NCBI GenBank assembly: GCA_001938485.1
Contig: MQRK01183933.1
Coordinates: 23,681-87,680 of the forward strand
Direction: 5' to 3'
Length of the DNA stretch: 64,000 nt
Source of the DNA: Girardia tigrina
Taxonomy: Eukaryota
Positions 26,674-39,011 of the stretch are shown in pieces. Position numbers and translations under genes: made by a program. Every line of letters begins with the position of its first letter. The stretch's first letter is position 1. Below the pieces are notes generated by a model that did not search any database, had not been told where the DNA came from, and was given only the letters and a program-made list of their open reading frames with translations.

Positions 26674-27801
26674 CAGGTTTATTAATAATTATATCCACTT
26701 TATTAATAATTTTATCCATTTTATTAATAATTATATCCTTGCTTTTAATTATATCCTTCTATCTTGCTTTGAGAGCACTAAAGACTTCTTCAATATGATT
26801 TAGAGAAGGGCTATATGCAGGAAGATATTTAAAATTAATGTTTTTTTCTTGTAAAAATCTCTTTACACTATCAGAATGGTGAAACTTCCCATTGTCCATG
26901 ATTAAAATCGAATTTGGCTCAAAAATATTTTGTAAAAAACAATCATTAAGAAAAGCTAAAAAAATTTCGGTATTGTATGGACCACTCAACAACTTGTAAT
27001 TCATCACTTTGACATCTGAAATTATTGCTAACAAAGAAAGATTTCTTCTAGGGTTTGAAGGAACATGTCTTATCGCATCAACGTTTTTAGGAGAATATCC
27101 ATATGACTTAGAGATATGGAGATTAAAGCCTGTTTCACCCAAGAAAAACAAGCGCTTGTTAATCATATCTCTTAGAAACTCTCTTGCATAAATCTTTCTT
27201 TTGTGTATCAGTTCATCATTTAAGACAACACTTGAACGTAACTTTAAACGTTTTCTGGTGATATTTAATTTTTTGAGGCAGTTTGATACAGTCGCCTGAG
27301 ACACAAAGATACCACTTTCTTTCAGTTTGGAAACCATTCCTTGCTGTGTCAATTCATTATCTTCCTGAACTATATCGGACAAAATCATACTCTTTTCATT
27401 GGCTTCCATTTCCTTTGGACCAGGTTTCTTTATCAACCCAGATACGTTTTTACCTTGCTCCTTGCATAAATAAATTTTTTCTAACTTTTTATAAACAGTT
27501 GATTTAGATAAGTTTAATCGCTCAGATATGATTGATACAGAGTCGCCCTTTTCATCCATGGTTTCAATTAGTTTTAGCTTTTCTAAAGTTAATGGGATTC
27601 TTTTCTTCCTAGCCCTTAACCTTTGATCAGAAACTGTGACATTGTTGATGTTGTTATTATTTTCCATATTGGGATGAATTTTTTTTAATGATTTCCTTAA
27701 TTTAAATACATAAAGTTATTAATTAACTATTGAATTGGATATAAATATTGATAAAATGGATATAATTATTAATAAAGTGGATATAATTATTAATAACCCT
27801 G
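26674..27801 (-). mobile_element. IS630/Tc1-like DD34E element
   Basis: TIRs CAGGTTTATTAATAATTATATCCAC / GTGGATATAATTATTAATAACCCTG built of three ~20-bp repeats; TA flanks. Confidence 0.9.
26759..27667 (-). CDS. DD34E transposase, open but first Asp changed to Gly and C-terminus missing
   Basis: 302-aa ORF with two HTH regions, FFLGETGF, IMDNGKFH, LPAYSPSLNHIEEVFS (34-residue spacing). Confidence 0.85.
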   Translation of the reverse strand: MENNNNINNVTVSDQRLRARKKRIPLTLEKLKLIETMDEKGDSVSIISERLNLSKSTVYKKLEKIYLCKEQGKNVSGLIKKPGPKEMEANEKSMILSDIVQEDNELTQQGMVSKLKESGIFVSQATVSNCLKKLNITRKRLKLRSSVVLNDELIHKRKIYAREFLRDMINKRLFFLGETGFNLHISKSYGYSPKNVDAIRHVPSNPRRNLSLLAIISDVKVMNYKLLSGPYNTEIFLAFLNDCFLQNIFEPNSILIMDNGKFHHSDSVKRFLQEKNINFKYLPAYSPSLNHIEEVFSALKAR

Positions 27802-28184
27802 TAATATAAATAATTATGTAATAATTCAAATATTAAATATGCTAATCAATTACGATATTGGTATTGATTGTATATTTAAACATTTAAAAATTAAATTACA
27901 AGTAAAAATACCTAGCAATAACATATAATTAATTTGACTGACGATTTCTCAATTTTCATCCAAAATATTCACGATCAACTAAAAATAATAATTCAACGAA
28001 CTAAAAATAATCCATAACACAACTGGTGAATAATTCGAACTATTACGAAGAACCCAACGAACTATTAACGAACGATTTCTAGCTATATTTTAGGTAATTA
28101 TATTTTATCCTATTCAACTAATTACTCATCATTTCTCTTTTTCTGTGATCACTTATACACCTTCGTTTTATATTTCTTTCAAAT

Positions 28185-28868
28185 TGTTATTATTTAATTT
28201 ATTTATCTAAAATTATTTCATTTTTTATTTATATAATTATACTAAAAGTGAATTTAGGGATTAAATTGTTTGCTACTGAGGTGCCGACCACCTGATCGAG
28301 CAGTGGCAGCCGGCGCCCCTTTATTGTGCTAGTGGATTATGTCCGACGAGGATGATCGGACAGTGCAGGTGATTCACACGCACAATACCGGCGAGCCCAA
28401 CTGGTGGAGTCGTAGGGACCAGCAGTGTGCTGTCGGGTCGAGTGCTGCGTTATCGAACTCGATCGGACCGATCTGATCTGATGTTGATTCATCAAGTTTT
28501 TATAGTCTAATATTCGTCATAAAATGGCGGGATTTAATCGATTGTGAAAGTAAATTCAAATTTGTACAAGATTTAAAATTGTGAACTCTAACAGTTCAGT
28601 AAAAACAAATTGTTATTTTTTTAAGTTTTTCTAATTTCAGTTTTTGAGTTCCACAGCTCATAAGTTCTATTTTACTATTATATAAGTGTTAAATTCCAAA
28701 GTCAAAATAAACTCTATAAAATAACAAAGGCAATTATCATAGTTTAATTGTAAGTTTAATTATATTTTTCCATTGAATAAACTGTTTTATGTGGTATTAG
28801 TTTTCGTTTTCCACTTACTTCTTTCCTTGTTACTTCAGTGTCAATTAGATTTAATTAAAAGCATAACA
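28185..28868 (+). mobile_element. GC-rich solo-LTR-like element
   Basis: TGTTAT...ATAACA inverted ends, AATAAA near 28777, structured GC core 28268-28480; flanks match over only 3 bp (AAT). Confidence 0.5.
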
Positions 28869-30224
28869 AATTGTCCAGAAAAATATTTTTTTTAACATTT
28901 TAAATTTACGTTACATTTGCTTCAGTTTTTCGCTTGACATGTTATCTTATTAAAATTTTCTCATTAATATAAAATAATGACTGAAAGTCCTAAGGCCTTA
29001 TGTGACTTTTTTGTTTATCATGAATGTCATTCTCTTATTATTGATAATTATAAATATTAATTTTATTAATTAATTAATATAATTTTTAGTTTTAAATTAA
29101 TTTTGGTTTAAAAATTGAAATTACAGTAAAACAGTTATTGATCTTAAATTAATAGTAATTAAGATATCTGATAATTATCTTTACAGATTTCATTAAAAAT
29201 AACATTTAATAAGTTATTTAAAAATTTTTGATTCATTAAAAAATAGGTTTTGTTGATATTTCAAAGTTTTCAAATATACAAGTCATAATTTTAATAAGCA
29301 TAATTAATAATTCTTCGCCTTTGTAGTCTAGAAAACCAGTTGAATCAGCTCCGCCCCGGGCCACTTCGCTGTGGACCATTCCTCTGAAATCGCATTAGTC
29401 AGGTAAAATATCTATTTTTGGCTGCCGATCCAGCGCGAGATCGCCAACCCTGTGCTGATGACCGTAGTTGAAGAATGACGACACATCCGCCATACAAAGT
29501 GTTTGGGTTCCTTTTGGTGAACTTTAAATTTTTGATATTTTTAAAAATCATATTTATATTTTAAATAAATTAAAAATAATGTTCGATTAATTAAAATGAA
29601 ATAATTCTTTAAAATAAAAATCTTTTAAATTCTCAAAAAAAGAACAGACTCATTCTTTACATTTTTGGAAATAATTAATTGTTATAAATAATCTATAAAA
29701 TAAAAAAATATTTAAAATCAAAAGTTTTAAACAGTTATTAGTAAAAAATACCTTAATTAATTTTAAAAAGTTAATTTCATAAATAATTGAATTTATTTGT
29801 TTTGCATTTATTTTATTCGGAAGAATTTTTCGTTAAAATTTTTGTTGTCAGAAATGTAATAAAAAAAGATAATTTAAAATTAGAAAGCAGTTGGAAATTC
29901 TGCAAATTAAAATTCGAAAAATAATAGATAAAATACAGATATATATCTTAAAAATTTTATAATGAATAAATCTCTATTAAATAATAATAAATTTAAATAT
30001 TGCTAAATATTTTTGTATTTTAAATTTGTAAGTTATTTTTGCAATTTTAATAAAAACAAATAAAAGGTTTTTATTAAAAAGAAATAATTTATAATCGAAT
30101 GATTTAAAATCAAAGAAAGATATTTAAGACTTGAATTTTTAAAATATTTTTAAAGATCTAAATTTATGCAAAATTGAATAAAATAACATATTTATATATT
30201 TATCGATATTATTATTTATATTTA

Positions 30225-30700
30225 GAATTTTGAGATCTGGATTATGTAATCGAAATATTGTTCCTCATAAATTTGTTTCAATAATGAAAATTGTAGTAGA
30301 AATAAAGTTTACAAAATTATGACTTCCAATTTTAATCACGAACCAAATACAAAGAATGCCGAATTATTGTGAGCTGAAAACACTTCAGTTCAGACATTCT
30401 CGGATAGCCCTAGAATTACACAATCATTAGGGGTTATCAAGCTTTACGTTGAGGTAAAGATAACCTTACCTGCTATATTTTTTCAAGTTAATTAGTATAG
30501 TACTATATAGCCTCTTTTTCTATGAAACTACAACTTAAAGTGGTAATTTTTTGATAGAATGTAAACAGAGTTTGCAATGGTTACATCAATTTGTCTCCAC
30601 GATCTAAGAACGTTTTTGGTGTGATATTGAACCTTATGGACACTTAAATTACCTGATATTTTAACGTGCTATTTATCTTCTATTTTGGTGATAAATAATA
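30225..30700 (+). mobile_element. possible decayed MULE transposase (FLYWCH-like N-terminus)
   Basis: IWIM*SKYCSS*IC...FNHEPN weakly resembles FLYWCH; many stops. Confidence 0.25.
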
Positions 30701-32285
30701 AATATTTTAAGCTAAAAGTTCTTGTTATTAATTTATTTTTCGTTTGTTTTATTTAATAATTTATAATGATAATTATAAATTAGGGATAATGATTATATGA
30801 TAATTAGGAAAATATTTAATAAACGTTTTTTGAAATAAATTAAATGTAAAAAATAAATTTTATACCTGATTGAGATGAAATGACCATGTTATGAAACAGC
30901 CTTGCACTTTTTTATTTATAATTATGGTAGGAGTAACATTTAAAATAAAAATAATTTATAATTTTTAAAATAATTTTAAAAATTTGCTTTTTTGCTTGGT
31001 TAAATATTGATAAGTGTGATTAATCGTCCATGAATCATAAGATGATTTTAATTAGTCCGCAATCTGAAGATCCAAGAAGTTTTAAATACAATATTATAAG
31101 AAACCACTGTGGAGTTATAATTAAAAATTATACCACAATCTGAAAAATCTCTAAATATTTTCAGCAAAATTTTTTTACCCTTTTAGTACTGCGTTATGAT
31201 ATAATTTTAGAATATAAATGTTATGAGTTAAATCTGTTGATTTTAGTTCGGGATTTTTTTATCCAGATTAGTTTAATTCTAAATAATTGTGAGGGAAGTT
31301 TGATGTATGTGAATGCAATGTTTATTTGGGATCGTGTCTCTCCTTACAAGATGGCTTATTAAAAATTTAATTTTTACTATACGACAATAATTTAATTCAA
31401 TTTTAAATTTAATGTTTAAAACTATTTAAAATTTTTCAATCACTGTACAATTTACAAAGATTTGAATAAATTATTTTAGATTTTTAAATAAATAAATCAA
31501 ATTAATATTTTTAAAAATAATTTAAAATCCTTAAATTTTAACCAATAAAAATGAGGGCAGAACAATGCATAGTTCCACCACGTACTTTAGTATTATCATC
31601 TTTATTAACGAATTAAAGAGCATGGAAAAGATTTTAAAAATAAAAGATGTAATTTAACATAAAGATTAAAAATTTTAGTGTTTTGCATTTTAATAAACTT
31701 TAGTTTTCAAAAACAATTATTATAAAAAATTTTTGGAAAACATTTTCATACAATTTTTTTTCATTAAAAAAAATTATTTCCAAAATTTTCCTTTTCTTGT
31801 TTCGAATTTTTGTGAATGTTTTTTAGCATATAAACTAATTTAAATTCCAAGGTTAATTTTCATGTTAAGACAAATGTTTGGAAATTTTTTCAATAATAGA
31901 AATATGTCAATGAGGTACCAACATACCCGTGACTGTCCTTAAACATAGACTAGTAAACTTCTAGTAAAATTCTATAAATTAATAGAATTTCACTCAAACA
32001 TACATTTTGTGATCCCCTAAAGTCAAATCTTGATTTTCGATCAATCTTAAAATTTCTGATTTAAAAGAAGCTGGTTACATAAATTAAAGTTTTATCCTTA
32101 TGAGTAGTAATTATTATAAAATAATTATTGTATGTGTTGAGAAATCTGATGTATGATATCAACTGCGTGATGAGGGTAGGTGTGTGATTATGTATGTGTG
32201 TGTGATTACGAGTATTTACCGAATGACAAGGCTTTAGAAATATGAGTCATGACAAGAATACTTTTTTTCAACATCTTATTTTATA

Positions 32286-34058
32286 CAGTGCGTTTCATTT
32301 TATAACAGTAAAATGTTATATCATGCGCATTTAATAACAGTTTTAATGTACTGTTACATAATATAAAAACATTAAAAGACTAATATAATGTTATATCATA
32401 AAATTGAATAACATTCAATTTTATGATATAATTTAATGTACTNNNNNNNNNNNNNNNNNNNNNNNNNNNNNNNNNNNNNNNNNNNNNNNNNNNNNNNNNN
32501 NNNNNNNNNNNNNNNNNNNNNNNNNNNNNNNNNNNNTTAGGGCCATAATCTTTGATTGTAACCTCTATTTGACGGCGCGCGAGATGATGGAGTTAAATTT
32601 TGTAAGTTATTTTAATATATATTAATATCTTTTTGAATTTAAGACAAGTCACTAATAAACATTTTTATTTTAGAACATAACAAATCAATCATCAATTGTC
32701 AGTCAATCTCCGAAGANNNNNNNNNNNNNNNNNNNNNNNNNNNNNNNNNNNNNNNNNNNNNNNNNNNNNNNNNNNNNNNNNNNNNNNNNNNNNNNNNNNN
32801 NNNNNNNNNNNNNNNNNNNNNNNNNNNNNNNNNNNNNNNNNNNNNNNNNNNNNNNNNNNNNNNNNNNNNNNNNNNNNNNNNNNNNNNNNNNNNNNNNNNN
32901 NNNNNNNNNNNNNNNNNNNNNNNNNNNNNNNNNNNNNNNNNNNNNNNNNNNNNNNNNNNNNNNNNNNNNNNNNNNNNNNNNNNNNNNNNNNNNNNNNNNN
33001 NNNNNNNNNNNNNNNNNNNNNNNNNNNNNNNNNNNNNNNNNNNNNNNNNNNNNNNNNNNNNNNNNNNNNNNNNNNNNNNNNNNNNNNNNNNNNNNNNNNN
33101 NNNNNNNNNNNNNNNNNNNNNNNNNNNNNNNNNNNNNNNNNNNNNNNNNNNNNNNNNNNNNNNNNNNNNNNNNNNNNNNNNNNNNNNNNNNNNNNNNNNN
33201 NNNNNNNNNNNNNNNNNNNNNNNNNNNNNNNNNNNNNNNNNNNNNNNNNNNNNNNNNNNNGGGATTGTTTCACTCGGTCGGAGTTTCGATTTTCGACACA
33301 GGTTTTTGCTTTTTTGAATGTTAATAATTGACCCTCCAAATATCTGGAGATGGTGCTTCTGGATATTGTCACATTTTCTGATTGCACCAAAAATGATCTT
33401 ATTTCTCGCAAAAAACAGGTGGGATTATCGTCCACGAAATCGAGGATTATCTTACCGACCTCCGGGGATATTAAATGNNNNNNNNNNNNNNNNNNNNNNN
33501 NNNNNNNNNNNNNNNNNNNNNNNNNNNNNNNNNNNNNNNNNNNNNNNNNNNNNNNNNNNNNNNNNNNNNNNNNATCAGCCAAGAGAATATAATCTTGTCC
33601 TTTATTGTACGCCGATACAATTCTATCTTTGTCATTCTTAGAAACTCTGAAAAATGAGGAAATAAATCAAGTAAAAAGTTTAAACATCTTACGATTTTCG
33701 TTTCTTTTTAGCATGAATGTCATGAGAAACATCCATTGCTGGGTCAGTATTATTATCCGACGCCGAAGAAATGCTTTCCAATTCATAATTCATTTTCTTA
33801 ACTTTTCTGAGATGCTGTTGTTAAAAGAGCCTTAAATTGTTAAATGAGCATAAAATGATGTGTGTTTTGATGTTTGTATGTATGTATATATGTGTGTATT
33901 TGTGTGTATATGCCTGTGTGAGTGTATGTAACTTAAATTCCTATAGTAAATGTTATTGTTAAAAGATCTTCTACTATTATTTCATTGGATAATTATATTC
34001 AACCAATTTTTTTAAGGTTAGAATTCCGTATCCTGCTGTTGTTAAATGAAACGCACTG
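32286..34058 (-). mobile_element. IS630/Tc1-like element with spliced transposase (mostly gap)
   Basis: TIRs CAGTGCGTTTCATTT / AAATGAAACGCACTG with TA; HTH segment ILDFVDDNPTCFLREIR...ISRSTISRYL; 46-nt GT-AG intron 33647-33692. Confidence 0.85.
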
Positions 34059-36325
34059 TATATAATGAAAATTGACTAAGTAATATTTATTGAAATAAAA
34101 CTTTAAACATCTAACTTCTGTTTTATTGATTCGATAACTAAAAATCCTGTTCTTATTGATAGAAAAACTTATTAAATAAAGCTAGAGTAATTAATTGTAT
34201 AAAATATTATACCCAAAGATTTTAACAATTATTGAGAAACACCTACACGTGAAGTAATTTTAAATTACTCTTTAACATGCCTTAAAATATTGCAAAAACG
34301 GGAGCTTTTATAATTCCTTGGTAAATGACACATTTGTTTCTGTTAAATGGTAATTTCTATATTAGAATGTTTTTAAATGTAATAAAAGTTTTAAAAATTT
34401 GAAACGGTTTTACTTTGTCCATTTCGAATATATATTAATTGGTTGTAGTGTATTATCAATAATAATGCACAGAACTGCAGCTCATAATATGAATCAAAAC
34501 CTTCTGTAAAACAGAAGTTCTGAACAGAAGAGATATTATTTTTAAAAATAACCAATGATCAAGAACTATTCTAGATTGACACTAATTCAGTTTGAGGATG
34601 ACTATTTTTCTCTCCAATATACGAGTTTTTATACCTGTTACAATCAGATTAGCTAGCAGTTTACAAATTATTTTCTATTTATTTGAGAGACAGCTTTTAT
34701 TTTTGGATGTCATTCAAATCACTTTGACACTATATATATTCTTGCAAAAACTCATTTTAAATGCTTTAAGTCCTTTGGAATATGGTATATTGATTATTTA
34801 TTTGTTCTTTTCAATGTTTTCTTCCTTTCTTAGAGCGTGTTTGTATACATCATTTGTCTAATGTTGCTGAAGTGACAACTAAATAACACATCAACTGTTT
34901 CAGTAAAATATTTTTTCCTCACAAAAAATATTTTTTTTTGTTATCAAATTTTTTTTCACAAGAATTTTAGTTACACAAAATAAATTCAAAACTAACAAAC
35001 TTTAATAGTAATTATTTTTTACATATTTTTAAATTCTTACAACCGACAAAACTTTATACAGTGAAAGTTAAAGAAGTTAGAAAATGAACCGAAAAGCAAT
35101 AGAACAAAGAAAAAAAATGTCGCACACTAAATAAAATATAGCATTGTTTAAATTAATTAAACAAAACAATAGTAACTGAACAAATTTTTTACTAGGTAAT
35201 GTGATGACAAACTGTGTAATCATAAAAATATATATGATGCGTGTATTCAATTCGAATTTTCGATATATTTCGACACAAAACGGATTTCGATTTTGTTCAT
35301 CATTGGGCATTTATTCATGAATCCATCGACCAGGCAGATTTGCACAGTCGGACCACGATGTATGAACACAATTTGACTTGATAGTGGCCTATGCTACGTT
35401 TTTCGAGTGCAATCCGCAGACGGTAAAGTTTATACAGTCTCAACTCTTTAATCCGCCACACTTGATTCTAGAAAAAATGGTGGTTTAACCAAACCCTCTT
35501 GAGCCATCATAATTTGACGGATTATAGAGGTTTCAATGAATTATATAGCTATCAACAACCATTAATATTACTTATTTCTGACATTTTATAAAATCTATTA
35601 ATGGGAGTGATTTAATCTTGATCATTTATTTATATTTATTGTCCTTTTTATATTGATGACTTTGTCTTAAAACACCAGCATCTAGTGTTACGATAGATAA
35701 ATAAAAAAAATCAAAAAAAATTTTTTTACAATTAATTTTAAATCATAATTTTTTAATTTCATTTTTTGTAATTTCATTACCAATTAATTCTTTAGATAAA
35801 CATGAGCTGTACCTAATTTTCTCAATATTTTAAATTATTATGATTAAAATTTGATTCACATTTTCAAGGCATCAGTAATTCCTTTTACAATATTAATATC
35901 CAAGTCTAACGTTCTTTATCTCCACATTTTTTTTACAAAAACTCATCTTACACTCACTTTGGCGGTTTAAAGAAGAAGAAGAAGAAGAATATTTGTGTTC
36001 TTATTTTGTATTGGTGGTTGGCGGACTTTGAGGGAATGGCTGTTCACAAAGGTTTTCAATAGTATTTAAAACGATTCAAGAAATTTGTAGGCCGTTAGCG
36101 AGGGTGGCAGTTTATCGAGGGGCGTCTTAACCTATTTCACTCCCGTTTACAATGCATAACAAGGCAGAAAAAAACAACTGCAGAAATAAAGTGCATCCTG
36201 GTCACATTTATGTCGATCAAGCAACAACCGAAAAGTACAGTAACCTTAATATTGTGATCTTTTTGTTTGTTTGTGGACATGTCATCCCATCAAGCGTTCT
36301 CCAAGATTATAAATTATGATCAGCA

Positions 36326-36371
<46 letters not shown>

Positions 36372-36859
36372 CAACCACGATACATTGTAATAAAACATTA
36401 ATGTAATAAAAACCATTTGAATTTTGATAAAATAAATTGTAACATTACTTACTAAAAAATATATTACTTTAATCTTCTAAAAACATTCTTTTTTATTTTT
36501 TTATTCTATTTAAGTTAATTCAATTAGCGTCTGATTTATCTTTTACATTATTCCAATTAATGTAATTACTTTTAGAAAAAAATCTTTTTTAGATTTTTTT
36601 AACTGGCTCTAATTATTTATTTATAGAACAATAAAACAATATTTCATAATCTATTTATTTTTAAATATATAAATTTGGTTACATAACTTTTGAATTAATT
36701 GATAAGTAGACAAATAAATTAATGTATATATCGGGATGATTCATAACATTTAATAATTGTATTTATAAATATATCGACAATGTTAATATAGTGTTTATAA
36801 CATCTTAACTGGGAGAGTTCCTTAAAGTGAAATCAAAGCCAACAATATAATGAAAGGTA

Positions 36860-36950
36860 ATCCACACGCAAATTTAATTATCCCGGGTGTCAAACTCGCA
36901 CATTGGATAGACAAATCGTAATCTCGAACACGGATTAGTGAATGTTGCGT
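36860..36950 (+). mobile_element. Penelope-like GIY-YIG N-terminal fragment
   Basis: Frameshifted KFNYPGCQT / HIG*TNRNL / TRISE. Confidence 0.5.
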
Positions 36951-37289
36951 TGCTCAATGATCGGTAAATTTTAATTTATTGTATATTAATATATATGAAA
37001 TTAATTACAATTTCTTTTATAAACTTTGTTTTAATAAGAAACCTTTTTTTTAAAAAAACGAACTTTGATTTTTTCTTTTTACATTATTCAATTCTATGAT
37101 AGATCGTTGTTTTTTCGTTGCCACACAGTTCGTTAAACACGTTCAGTGATTTCTTAAAATAGGCCTTAAAATATCAAATTAATGTTTACTAGACTATGTT
37201 TAAGCATATGTTGTTCAAACATATTTGAAATTAATCGTTGTATTGAAAACAAATAAACGCCATTTAAAAATATATTTTATGATAATATA

Positions 37290-38467
37290 TTAGGGTGAGT
37301 CATAAGTTCTGGGACACTCTTTCCAAAGTAATTATCTTTAATTACAACATGAATTGTCGAATCGATATTAATTGAATTTGTATATCGTAATAAAGCTCAT
37401 AAACTGAAGTTTCAGTATTTGTAAGAAANNNNNNNNNNNNNNNNNNNNNNNNNNNNNNNNNNNNNNNNNNNNNNNNNNNNNNNNNNNNNNNNNNNNNNNN
37501 NNNNNNNNNNNNNNNNNNNNNNNNNNNNNNNNNNNNNNNNNNNNNNNNNNNNNNNNNNNNNNNNNNNNNNNNNNNNNNNNNNNNNNNNNNNNNNNNNNNN
37601 NNNNNNNNNNNNNNNNNNNNNNNNNNNNNNNNNNNNNNNNNNNNNNNNNNNNNNNNNNNNNNNNNNNNNNNNNNNNNNNNNNNNNNNNNNNNNNNNNNNN
37701 NNNNNNNNNNNNNNNNNNNNNNNNNNNNNNNNNNNNNNNNNNNNNNNNNNNNNNNNNNNNNNNNNNNNNNNNNNNNNNNNNNNNNNNNNNNNNNNNNNNN
37801 NNNNNNNNNNNNNNNNNNNNNNNNNNNNNNNNNNNNNNNNNNNNNNNNNNNNNNNNNNNNNNNNNNNNNNNNNNNNNNNNNNNNNNNNNNNNNNNNNNNN
37901 NNNNNNNNNNNNNNNNNNNNNNNNNNNNNNNNNNNNNNNNNNNNNNNNNNNNNNNNNNNNNNNNNNNNNNNNNNNNNNNNNNNNNNNNNNNNNNNNNNNN
38001 NNNNNNNNNNNNNNNNNNNNNNNNNNNNNNNNNNNNNNNNNNNNNNNNNNNNNTCCGGCATTGATAAACCGAAAGCAGGTGATACTGCAACAAGACAACG
38101 CATCTCCCCACACCGCTGCTTTGACACGTCGTAAAATAGAGGAACTCGAAGCTATCGAACTTTTTCCACATCTTGCCTACAGTCCTGATTTAGCGCCTTC
38201 GGATTTTCATCTTTTCCGAGCTATGTCGCATTTTTTGAAGGGAAGGAGCTTTTCAGATATCGACGACGTCGAAAATGGGTGTCGAGAATTTTTTGCTTGT
38301 AAAGACAAAACATGGTATCGACGCGGAATAGAACAACTTGCAGAACGTTGGGTACAATGTATTGAACATAATGGACTTTATTTCGAATCATAATCTTTAT
38401 TGTGCGTTGTTTTATGAACATTTTAATTTTTAATAAAAAGTGCCCCACAACTTATGACTCACCCTAA
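37290..38467 (+). mobile_element. mariner element (centre in gap)
   Basis: TIRs TTAGGGTGAGTCATAAGTT / AACTTATGACTCACCCTAA, TA TSD; ILQQDNASPH...YSPDLAPSDFHLF...GLYFE. Confidence 0.95.
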
Positions 38468-38501
38468 TATTTCGACGGTTTAACCGTCATTATCAGATCA
38501 C
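38468..38501 (-). ncRNA. minimal type I hammerhead ribozyme split by mariner (remainder at 37279-37289)
   Basis: Reconstructed GTGAT-CTGATAA-T-GACGG-TTAAA-CCGTC-GAAA-TATA-T-T-ATCAT; G8 changed to A. Confidence 0.8.
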
Positions 38502-38968
38502 AATTATGTTCTTTTTTATTGCTTTTATATAAGAAATGAATGATTATGCAGTCACTTACGTAAGTCTAATCGAAAACTCTTAACATTATTAGTTGAGAGT
38601 GGTGTTTGAACATTGATTTTCAGATCACATGATCTTATCAACAATGCTTCACATGACATACTCTCCCAATAATTTTTAAAATGCTTGCACAAAATCTTAA
38701 AATCATTTATGCTCATATTACATTTATACTTTTTTTTATGCTCAGCAATATTAGTCTTTTTTTTCCTTTTTTTCTTTTTCAATTATTTTACCTACAGTCT
38801 TACGAGTGAGTCTGTCTATGATGGACTTAGACTAACCGTTATAGTTCAATAACTTACAGCGTATCAATACTTTTAATAGATTTATCTATTAAGAGTTTGT
38901 TAGACTTACGTAAGTGATTATATAATCATTCATTTCTTATATAAAAGCAATAAAAAATAACAACATCA

Positions 38969-39011
38969 GTGATCTGATGATGACGGTTAAGCCGTCGAGA
39001 TATATTATCAT
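38969..39011 (+). ncRNA. minimal type I hammerhead ribozyme
   Basis: GTGAT-CTGATGA-T-GACGG-TTAAG-CCGTC-GAGA-TATA-T-T-ATCAT; stems I and II intact, GAAA changed to GAGA. Confidence 0.85.

Noticed and set aside
26759-27667. Bacterial IS630 or contamination
   Set aside because: Same AT content as flanks, TA-flanked among eukaryotic elements; related elements here have spliceosomal introns
29452-29486. CTGATGA as hammerhead core
   Set aside because: No GAAA after a valid stem II
35340-35500. LIM-domain-like Cys/His pattern on minus strand
   Set aside because: Needs several stops and substitutions to fit; no splice context
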